Source: Trichodelitschia bisporula (lineage: Eukaryota). From it: 64,000 nucleotides of DNA. Under the pieces are notes generated by a model, which was not told where the DNA came from, did not search any database, and was given only the letters and a program-made list of their open reading frames with translations. Position numbers and translations under genes: made by a program. Below, in pieces: positions 54,050 through 64,000 of this stretch (position 1 is its first letter; every line of letters begins with the position of its first letter). The stretch spans positions 1,065,933-1,129,932 of the forward strand of contig ML996692.1 of assembly GCA_010356995.1 (NCBI GenBank), written 5' to 3'.

Positions 54050-55612
54050 ATAACCACACCTATAGCTCCCCAGCCCAACCAACCCGATGATAGCGAAAAA
54101 GAGAAGGCCGCGAAATGAATAATGCAAGGACCAAATATCCCCCTCATTTTACTTTTATAGACCCCCCATCAAACCTCGACACCAAACTTCAGGGCGTGAT
54201 GCACCCATGCCTAAAGATGAATAGAGATAGGCTTCGCATCATTTGGAATGACCTCGACAAGGCAACTAACTGGGTAACACTTTCATTGTGTTAAACAGCT
54301 TTGCATGAATATATTGTCATTCAAACTTATGTTGCTCGTTGCAGCTTCAAGACTCTGTTACTGCGAAGGGTACATTAAACCTCAAAATAGTTAAAGGCAA
54401 AATTTAAAGTTGCGATACTCACATTATAGTCGGCTCAAGATAAGGTACCAGATTACTTGCATCTTCCAAGCGCCACTGAATATGTAAAATGCGGGTTGAT
54501 GAACCATTGCTGCATGCGAGCATTGCGAGGGACTGTAGACTTTGGTGGTGTTTTGGTAGGGGAATTTTCCATAATTCGTGGGCCTGATTGACTGATTTTA
54601 GTGGTTGGGCTGGGTTAGGTGGGGGGGATGTGGGGGACGCGGGGACTAGAGTTTTGAAGATCTTGGGCGTTCTCGTAGTACTTCCCGACATCAGCTCCCT
54701 TATGCCGGAATCACACAACCTATGGGCGTAACCACCCTAGGAAGGCCGCGCGGTAAACGCGTGGAGAGTCCTATGGCCCTTACTGTTGCTGCAAACTATA
54801 AGTGCATCATCGTCATCATGCCGAGACCACTAACATTACATTACTCGCCAGAAGCCCATGATTTTCCACTTGTTACAACCGCTTACGGCGGACTCTCTTT
54901 GCACCTACAATAACGGAATGTCCCATAGATTGTTTTAACAGGCTGTCTGACTTCTTTCCCCAGACTACCCGTCTCCTAATTGGCTGAATTAGAGCGGTGT
55001 GTATGTGGGGCGTGGTTCCCAGGTTTTAGGGTATGTGCCTAGGTTATTCTAGCTGATACAGGCTAGAACTTACAATCAAAGCTTCAATGTAGCTCATGGA
55101 CAAAGTCTGGTAAGGATCCTAAGATAGCCCCATTGTGGAATATTGGCCCGGGTAGTTGCCGCAATGGCTTAGGATTTTATTGCTCTAGCACTGGGCTTCT
55201 TAGCCGACCTGGTTTAAAACGAGAAAACATTTTCCCACATAGGCCCCGGCTCCAGAAAACTTCCAACATACTCATGTCATTGAGACGTATGTAAGGAGCT
55301 ATTATTAACCAGGCAGGCTCTGCTTTTAAACTGCTAAGTTTAGGTACAACTTGTAGCAAGGGAGCTTACTAAACTTGTGTCTCTATTTTTCTAACGTGAG
55401 ATTAACCCGAGGAGACATAAACGAGGCCATATGTTAGGTTTGTATGCTCAGGATTTGAGGTTACGCGGGCAAAATAGCGCTCCACCTGAGCCTGCATTTT
55501 TTCCAAAACCTGTCTTCCGTTTGGTTGCAGTCCACTATCAAAGCGAGGGGATGCACGTAAGATATGCACCTCGGAACCTAGGATGGGCACTTCATAGATT
55601 CCTTCTTCTATA

Positions 55613-56823
55613 ATAATAATAGCTTGATTACGCCCAGGCTTGTTTTAGCTAGCCGTATGGTCGGGTCTCACCACTTTAGGAGTGGGCTTGACCAATTTCT
55701 TTGGTTCTACACGGCAAAAACCCTCCCTGCAAGGGTTGAGGAAAAGCCCTGGAAGTCGTCCTTTGGAGAGGGGCATGTGAGCCCCACGCCTTCAACATAT
55801 GTTTATCGTCTTTTCTTTGCACCATTCTTGTGTGTCCAAAGCGAGAACTTGGCTGCACGCCGAGAAACTGAGAAACACTCCATATCCCAATTAAACCCCA
55901 AAAACGCCGAACGCCTACAGCAACGCAGATCCCGTGATTCTAGGTCATGTGACCGAAAGAGAGAAGGAGAGGAAGGAAATTGAAGAATACCAGGTGTTGT
56001 CCGGAGGCCGCCAGGGGGGGGGGGGGCGGCGGCTCCTCTTTGGGGGAGATCCGGTTCCTGGTAGCAAGTGTGGTGTTGAATCGTTGAATCCGCTCTTCTT
56101 ATTGAGCTTTTCCGGCTCTCTTGGGGTTCCTGGGGGGTTCCGGTTGCGGGCCGTCAGCTTTGTGGTGGCTCGCTTTCATCCGGTTCACTTCCAGTCTCGC
56201 TAGGAGATTGTGGATTTATGAACAGTTTGTTGGGTGTGGGCTGCTTTTTTCCCACATCTCGGGTTCCGATTGGCGGAATTCTTTAGCTAGCCTGAATTGG
56301 CCGATGAAGCCTCTGTTGATGATGTAGTTTGTGACTGCCTCTAGACCTCTCCTAGTGTTGATCATTTTGTTGTAGTCAATCGTTCTTGCTAGCTCGTAGA
56401 GCTCGGAGCGTTCCGCTCCGAGCGTGCAGCTCATGACCATATGCTTGGGTGTTTGTCGCCCAAATCCGCAGGGGCACCGGGGGGAGTCAAATGTCGGGAC
56501 TCCTACTCTGAAGAGGAAGTCTCGCAGTCCAATGCATTCAGTGCGTAGTTGTGTTGCTACGGCGCTGTTGGCCTTCAGTAGTCCACCATGGAGGTTGGGG
56601 ACGTATTCCTTCCAGGGGGTGTGCCAGGCTGGTGCCTGTTTGTGTCCGTTGGTTCTCCACAGGGCTTCCCATTCTTGGTTCTCCCAGTCGCGGAAGATCG
56701 TTCTTGGCGCCTGGGAGGGGTCTGCCGCGGCCACGATCGCCTTCGCTTCCATGAGCATTTTGTCTTCAGGGTATGTGGGTTCTGGGGGCCTCCGGCCTCT
56801 TCGCGGGGTAGTTCCGGCCCAGT
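55613..56823 (-). mobile_element. 5'-truncated Tad1-like non-LTR retrotransposon (ORF2 C-terminus, 3' UTR, (TAT)n tail) with 14-bp TSD
   Basis: Peptide QLRTECIGLRDFLF...CPCG...QTPKHMVMSC...GFIGQFRLA (CCHC knuckle typical of fungal LINE ORF2); TTCCTTCTTCTATA repeated at 55599-55612 and 56824-56837. Confidence 0.9.
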
Positions 56824-57775
56824 TTCCTTCTTCTATATGTCCCTTGGTTCGTGTAATTTGCAGCACAATAAGAAGAGAGAGATAATCCCAAGCACACCCG
56901 GAATCAGGTACACATTCCCATGTTAAAACCAAAGCCGTATGGGAGCCTCGACGTCAAACGACCGGCCGTAACGTATGAGGGTGGAATGTATTGGATAAGC
57001 ATTGCCTCGACGAAACTCGGAGTTTAACACTTCTTTTGACGCGAAACACTCGTGGGAAATAGTGGCATTTAAGTGCAAGGATAGCTTGCTGTCCATAAAC
57101 ACCAAGACCACTTCAGATTTTCGGACTTCCACTTCAAGTCGCAATGCATTCATGGTTCATGAATATCCTAGGGGCACGTATACAGAATAGTCCCCGTAGA
57201 ATGCTGTAAAAGAGCGCAAGTCAGCACCTACAGGGGCTTTAGTAATTTTGGGCGATGGTTCTAGTAACTCGGGGGGTGGTTCTAAGGGTAGTCTTTTTCT
57301 ACGCTGGGAGCTACGCCTTTTTCCCAAATATATCACACTTGAAGACCCGGATGCCGCACTTACCGACTGGAATTCAATGCTCATATTGCAGTAACAGATC
57401 ATCGTAGCTCATCGTAAATTTTACTCAGGCACGTACGGATAGCAGACGGCACTGATCCCAATGCGCACTTTGATCGGAGGTCCTCAAAATTCCTCTTAGG
57501 TCGAAGATGTATAATAGTGCTTTGGCAGATTGTGCGGCGATTATGCAGCCAATCCGAGCTACTCAAACAATTGTTCTGTCAACCATTTTGACACAAGCAA
57601 AGCACTTAGTGCTCGCAATTTCCCTTTACCAAGACGTATGTGATCATGATAGCCTCAAATCGTGGGAATATATTTATTTTCTGAAGAATGATTATACATA
57701 CGAGCCCTCCGTTTTTTGGGTCCTGATGCCGTGAATGATGTTGAGGAAGACCTTTTACTTTGTCAGTTCATGTTA

Positions 57776-58471
57776 GGGTACTTGGAAATCTACAGCCCTC
57801 CTGGAAACCAGTCCTAAAAGGGTAAAGTCTCCTAGAAACCCATGCGCTTGAACACTCCACCATTAACACCGCTAGACTTATGTTTACCTACGTATATGAC
57901 GCCAAGACCCTATTAAAGACCTCTCGTAAAACTTTAAATCGCGATGCACTCATACTAAAAAATTATATAAAGTTATAATTAGGCTCATTTTGATTGCCTT
58001 AATGCGGCGAGTATTTCGGTACTACTTTCATCAAAACTGCGTTGCGTGGTAGGGAGTTATCGCGGGTTAAAGGTTTTGCGGTTAAGTGTGGCTAGTAGCA
58101 GTTTAAGTATTCCGGCGCTAAGACCCTACTAAAAAGTGGTAAAACTTTGAGCCGCGATAACTCCTTTGACAGCAACACTACGGCGGCGAGGTCAATGTTA
58201 AAATACTCGGCGCATCAAATAGATCACAATAAGCTAGGTTCTATGTTTATATAATTTTCTCGTACACGTGCATCGCGACTTAAAATTTATTGTCAGCTTT
58301 TAATGGGGTCTTGGCTGAGATTTCTAGGGTATAGGGGTGGTGTGGCTGGAACGGCAGTATTTTGGCGCTAGTTATGAATGCGTAGGGATTGTTGACAGAC
58401 TATACTATTTTGGAACTAATTTCCCAGAGGGCTGTAGATGTAAGTTTTTGGCTATAGATTTACAAGCACCC
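57776..58471. mobile_element. 696-bp non-autonomous foldback DNA element with GGG...CCC termini and TTA TSD (PIF/Harbinger-like)
   Basis: TTA|GGGTACTTGGAAATCTA ... TAGATTTACAAGCACCC|TTA; inner arms GCCAAGACCCTATTAAA/TTTAATGGGGTCTTGGC and GGAGTTATCGCGG/CCGCGATAACTCC. Confidence 0.8.
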
Positions 58472-59084
58472 TTAATGTTACTCCTCCCCCGCCGCCCCTC
58501 GAACGAGTGGCCAGTCAGACCCGTGGGTTTCGCGAAGTCACTCTACCAGAAATTCACTCCTTTAAGTAATGAACTCGTGTGACGCAGTTTGAGAAAGCCT
58601 GTGTCATGGTTCTGGCCATACAGGGTGTGATGCCTCAGGCCATGATGTGGCCAGGGTGGTAGCATAGGACCGAGATAACGTATGGGAACCAGCGTAGTCA
58701 TGTGACTGGCGCCAAGCCCCCACACTGCGGTTATGCTTTTGCACACCCATCCCTGTAGATTACTTCTCCAACTCTTTATCATCGTCTCGAAGCAATCTAT
58801 CGTTTTTGCACCGCTCTTCGCTGGCATCGTGTCAGGCAGAAGTGCTGCCAAATTACTCAGTTTGCCAAAGTGGGTCTGAGGATTTAAGTGATATTTTTTG
58901 ACCTCGGGTACAAAAGTGCATCGCCACTTGAAGTTACGGTATTGAGATTTGAGGGCGTTACGGAGAGGTGGAGTGTATACACGTAAATTGAAGCGCTCTT
59001 CCCTCACCTAATATTCTCTGATAATCCAATCAAAATGTTGAGATTGAACATCGTGCCGCAAAATAGTCATGCGATGTTCATTTT

Positions 59085-59246
59085 ACTCTGCGCGCCCTCG
59101 CTGGAGTCCTCATGGCTTGTGGACCAGTCCGAGAGCAGGATTTCTTTACATAAACAGCTGTTAAGAGATTATGCCCTCTAATTGGTCCGCTAGTTACAAG
59201 GGCGCCGGCGAGGACACCCGCGAGGATGCCCGCAGTATGAAGGATA
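59085..59246. mobile_element. Degenerate MITE-like foldback related to 53894-54049
   Basis: CCTCGCTGGAGTCCT...GGACCAGT arm vs ATTGGTCC...AGGGCGCCGGCGAGG; shares the CTAGTTAYAA...GCGAGGACAC motif with ~51541-51580. Confidence 0.5.
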
Positions 59247-60116
59247 GATGCATTGTGATGATCTGTACACTGCTTGATTTTCAAAGACGAGCCCAGTAGT
59301 TTGACAATTCATTTGATCCAATGCACGCACAGGAAGGGTTGTCATTCTACTTCAAAATTGGGGTGACTTTGATGTGATGATTAGCTGGCAAAACTTTCTG
59401 TTTCTGATTGACTGGACTGGGCGGCGTGCGCCCAGTAGTTCTACTGGCTCACGACAACCTCCCCCGGTTTCACGTGAAAATCACAACTCTGCAGGCCAAC
59501 ATGTAGCTACTATTGTCACAGCAGAAACGATAAATGACATATTGATATCGGTGAAGTTTTCCAGCCACTACTGTCATACCAGGCTGGTCCCGTCGAACTG
59601 GAGACATAGGAATATGGGCGGACCCACGATCCCGGTGCGCGTCCAGATCTTCCAAGCTGTGAACCGCGTCTTTTGGGCTCACATATGCACAAGGACTGGA
59701 AGCGGCCTGGAGTATTTCAGTTTCGTCAATTGCACCGCCGACAAGGCCGGGCTTTCCCAGCACTGGGGATGAGCGGGGGACGTCGGCTAGACGTAGAATA
59801 GTGCGGGCATTCGTCCCGGTTACCAGTTACCGAGTCACGTCCATCCGGTAAGCAATTCTGAGAAGTGGGTGGTGGTCGGGGCAGGACTTGGTGGTGGGAG
59901 TTCAACTACGTCAAATCCGACGCCGGCTCCCCGTCGCAGATAGCAACGGGTTGCCGTCATCAGGCGAAGCACGCGATTCGACGGGCAAGTACGAGGCACC
60001 GAGAACAGCCAGCCAGATAAAATACAATATTAACAACAAACAGTTCTGTCCAGCACGTCCGAACATCTCGACCGCGCATCTACAAGGATATCAATACACA
60101 CAGCGTCGTCAGCAGA

Positions 60117-61973
60117 TCACGCAGGTACGCCCTCATACTCCCACACATCGCCCGCGCGCCTCCTTCTCCGGCCCCTACGCTCCCTCCTCCGATTCGCCGC
60201 ACACTTGACGAACACCGTCAACGCAGCAATGAGGAAGACGATCACAGCCGCGACCGTGGGCACCACAACCGCGCGCTGTCGCTCCTCTCCCGCCGCACTA
60301 CGATACGGACACACGCCATCAACCCCCACAACCCAGCACCCCTCCACATCCAGAGCATTCAGATCCACCCACGCCTCGGCATCACCCGTGCCGTTGCTCC
60401 CCTCGCGCCGCACCAGCGCCCCCAGCACCGTATTCTCCGCCGCCGTCCGCGGCACACTGAACGCCGCGCCTGACGGACACACCCCCGCGGCGCTGGCTCC
60501 GCGGTATGTCGTGCGCGTTGCCGCAATGCGCCAATTGAACCCTGCCTCGCCCACCCGGCATGCCACGGGGTGCTTCTCGGCACAGTCGGCGACGCGCCAG
60601 CGCGGCGGGCTGAGATTTGCGTCGAGCAGAGCGCAGCGCTGGCGGTCGGGCGTCCCGGACGCGCTCGTCGAGCTATTGTGTGGCTCGCCCGGCGCCCAGG
60701 ACCAGAGTGCACCGCGGGCGAGGGCGACGTAGGGGCTGGGATTGGCGGAGGCGGGGCGTGAGAGAGAGGAGTTGAGGAAGGGGGAGAAGGCGCATGTGGT
60801 AAGGTTCGTAGCTGCTGCCGCGGTGTAGGGGGAGGGAAGGACTGCGAGGGCCCAGGACGTGTCTGAGGATGAAGGGGCGCAGGCGGATGGGAAGAAGGAA
60901 AATATGTTGGATGGGAAGAGGGTCTCGCTGTCGCCGGATAAATTGTACCGCTCAAGCTGCGGGTCGATGCTACCCAGTCCGGCGAACAGCCGGAAGCTAC
61001 GGCGGAACTCTACGTACCCCTCGCTTGGCCATCCGCTCGTCGTGAAAAGGTTACCGCGCGGATCTGGCGTTGTCTCCAGGTATGTCAGGTAAGGGCGCTG
61101 GTCAGCTGGTGCGGAGAGCCACGAGCCGTTGAGGTTCGCGCGGTCTTCTCCGAGTTGTGTGGGCGTGTAGAGGTAGGACGAGAGATTCTGGGATAAGATC
61201 TCGCTGACTAGCTCGCTGGGTGTTGGCAGAGAAGTGCCGTTGAGGGCAAGGCCAGGAGAGAGCGGAGAGTTAAAGGGTGAAGCCACGTGCAGGTTTAGCG
61301 TTAGATACGTCAGAACAGCCGCCAGCGTGTTCGATGTGAGCTTGAGGTAGTCCGCCAGCACCGAGGCCAGTATCGGCAAATCAACCGACGACGTGCACTG
61401 GTACGGGCCGATGCGAACGATGTCCGTTCCCTGCGGCGGAGGCGGGGCCGTTGCTGTCCCATTTTGGGGCGAACCAGGGGCAGACGAGGAGCCATCGGCG
61501 GATGAAGTTACAGAGCCGACCTGGCGAGCCTCAACGGCAACGGGTGTCGGAGCTGCCCGATTACTCAACTGCACCGATGTCACGCTGACAGACGACGACG
61601 CGGGCTCGGAGGGGGCACTACTCGGCCCCGCGGCGCGCGTGGCATTCGACAGCTCGACGGGACACAGGCTCCACACGCGGCGTGACTCGTCCCAGTAGAG
61701 GTCGACGAAGAGCTTGCGGAAGCCGGCAGCCAGGAGGTTGCTAAGGCAGCGGCCAGCGGCCACGTCCTCGTACGAACCATCGCCGAAACAGGCGGCGGTG
61801 AGCGAAATGGCGGGCTGGATGACGTAGTTGATGGGGACGCGGAGGGCGAGATCGCGCTGGGACTGGGGCCGTTAGTTGGGGAGCTATCGCCAGGTGGAGG
61901 TGCATACTAGAAAAGCGGTTGACCAGGGCGGCGTTAGCTCCGCTAAGGGGTCCGGTCGATAGAGCTGAGGCAT
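60117..61973 (-). CDS. MTC6: MTC6-like membrane protein (C-terminal lectin-like region and TM helix), 1 intron
   Basis: Spliced start MPQLYRPDP...SQRDLALRVPINYV; GFRKLFVDLYWD...WSLCPV; WSWAPGEP...RCA; FSVPRTAAEN; WVDLN; C-terminal EYEGVPA. Confidence 0.88.
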
Positions 61974-62547
61974 GGCGCCAGACGCGACTGCATCATCCGG
62001 GTGAGGATATGTGTGGACATGGAAGGTTTGGCTCAATTCTCAATGTGGATGTGCGGATATGCCGATCTGTACGTCCGGGGATTCAGTGGTGATCCGTGGA
62101 TGCGATGCTAGGATGCCGGGCCGGTGATTGTTAGGTTAGGCAGAGATTTGGGGTTGCTGCTCAATGCTATAAGCGGACTTGCACGGCAGTTCTAATGTCC
62201 ATCCGGATGAGCGTCAAGGGGACGGTTGGAGGTTGTTGGCCATTGGGCAAAATGAAGATGAGGTTTGGGAAGACGAGATGATCGTCGTTGGAAGTGACGT
62301 TGAGGCGTGGCTGGGCATCGGTGGCTAGGCAGATGTGGCTGTCGGCCAATTGATGTTCGGCGACGTCGCGGAGTGACAAAACAACGAGAAACACGTGAAT
62401 CGGATCTCTACCCGCGTCGATCATTGCTGTTCCTCAACACCATATCTCAAATCGCCATTATTATGATCGCCATCTCTTCCCTCCCGTTCATTCCTTGCGT
62501 CCATGCTCATCTCTTTGCCTTTCAACGATTTACCTTTAGCCCTGTGG

Positions 62548-64000
62548 CATTCCTGCATCACCGCTTTCCGTGGACCTTGCTTACAGTGGCACTGTTGCTG
62601 GCATTGTTAGGCCTATACCACTTCCACTGTCCGGCTGGGTACTTCGTAGTCTACCCGGCGCACAGTGGTGGGGACTTACCTTGAAACTTCAGGTGGTTCG
62701 GTAGACAGGAATGATCCCCTCCGAAAATCATCTCCCACTCGCAAAAGACGTCTGTTGATCAGAGATTTAGCTCCCAGTATAACCCCCCACACGCTAACCG
62801 CGCATCTTTGGTCTACCGGCTGTTGGGGTAGTGAGCGCTACTGACTCCGCACGGTGGAGTACCGTACCGTACGGGCAGTAGCGCGCATGAACCACGAGGC
62901 CGGGGGACCGTTGGGCTAACTACCCCCAAACCTGCCGTATCGGACTCGCCGCAACCGCGCCAAACCGGCCTAGAGTAGGGCAACTTGAGCGTCAACGGCC
63001 GCTCAAAACCCCATACTCCCCCTCTCAGTCAGCGGAAACAAGCAAACCCCCAGACAGAGAGCCTCAAACCTCCCCTCAGTCCTCAATCAAACCAATCCGA
63101 GGCCACGCTCACCCTCTCGCGCAAACTGGAATTCCCCCTGCCAGCCGCCAGCCACACGCCGCCCCCATCGGGCCAACATACGCCCGTGCCTCCCCGGCCT
63201 CCTCCAAACGGTCGACCTCTTCCCCCACCACCCCAAAGCAGCCTAGCGACCTGCCGCGTTTCCTTTTTCGCGACGACGCGTGCGCCTCATTGGGCGCGCC
63301 GTCCGCCATCCGGGCGACGGTTCTCGCCTCCACCGCGTGCTCACCCGCCGTGCCGAGGGTGGGCAGCGCAGACGACGCCTTGGCCCCTTCGCTTCCGGAA
63401 AAGAAAGCGGCCTTCTAGCCCTGCCCGCCGCCGACGCCCTGCCAACGGTGCGTTGGTGGAGCCCGTCGGTGCGGGATTCGGCTCATGCGGTGGGGGCAGG
63501 GCGGGAGGGGGAAAGTCGACACGGAGGACGAAGAGGAAGCGTGGACTCGCGACGGGGCGCCGCCGAAGCGCGCAACCTACCGTACTCGAGCCGAGCAGGC
63601 GCTGGACGACGATACCGGACGCACGCATCGAGTTGCGCTCGCCTTCCCCTCCCTCCCCGCATCAGACCATATTCACCACCATGATCGCGCACACTGCACC
63701 GCCGCCGTTTCGCCGCGCTCCCCTCTCAGCTCAACCGCATCTGGCCATCCGCTCAAACCGGGCAGCCATCCCCCAACCGCCGCCGCGTGCCCAATCCGCG
63801 CAAAGCGCATAATCGCGTCCCCGCTTGCAGCATCTGGGCCCCCTGACACACTGCATCACGACCCGCCGAGGGCCGGATGCGGTTGTTGCAGCGTGGTTTG
63901 GGCCGGATTGGGAGTGTGGGTTGATTGAGTTTGGAGGGGGCGGTGCGGCCGCGTGGTGCTCGTGGGAGGCGGGTGGGCGGACCGTTGGGGGAGGGAATGG
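62548..64000 (+). ncRNA. Candidate large structured RNA (or highly structured 5' leader), running off the window end
   Basis: More than ten mutually compatible nested stems of 6-15 bp including ~1 kb long-range pairings; wobble pairs consistent with plus strand; no credible protein ORF. Confidence 0.55.

Noticed and set aside
52907..55983. Duplicated MVGSHHFRSG ORF pair, initially resembling LTRs or TIRs of one element
   Set aside because: Both are antisense to LINE 3' UTRs; each copy has its own (TAT)n tail and the right copy has its own TSD.
50640..59470. CRISPR array or prokaryotic-type system in the repeat-rich island
   Set aside because: Eukaryotic context; repeats are inverted and dispersed, not regularly spaced direct repeats, and no cas-like ORFs are present.
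62598..62679. GACTTACCT resembling the U1 snRNA 5' end, or a minus-strand GTAAGT...CTAAC...CAG intron
   Set aside because: No U1 body follows. The intron-like signals have no supported flanking exons and the wobble polarity of the enclosed hairpin favours the plus strand; left unresolved.
62985..63812. 275-aa Pro/Arg-rich ORF and overlapping ORFs
   Set aside because: Non-ATG starts and low-complexity composition expected from GC-rich DNA; no motifs.

Overview
Filamentous ascomycete (Pezizomycotina, probably Dothideomycete-like) nuclear DNA with short spliceosomal introns; most entries in the ORF track are spurious or exon fragments. Gene order: 3' end of an SLN1/TcsB-type hybrid histidine kinase, class III G-alpha, HOG1 MAPK, AVL9, an ABCC transporter pseudogene, a predicted pseudokinase, a secreted/membrane protein, MRPL3, a small complex-I-like subunit, a MAK32-like PfkB kinase, CAP/SRV2, a DUF4360-like protein, TMS1/Serinc, MED21, a hypothetical protein, a SET methyltransferase, a TRK K+ transporter flanked by two intron-containing tRNA-Ile(AAU) genes, L-arabinitol dehydrogenase, a ~9 kb transposon-debris island (LINE fragments, MITE-like foldbacks, a TTA-flanked foldback element) and MTC6. 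The most striking unexplained signal is a >1.4 kb non-coding region at 62.5-64 kb with nested long-range stems whose G-U wobbles favour a plus-strand RNA. A second ~345-nt rod-like hairpin lies at 25.2-25.5 kb, and the first CAP intron can encode a near-duplicate N-terminal motif. All structures were read by eye; nothing was folded, aligned or searched computationally.
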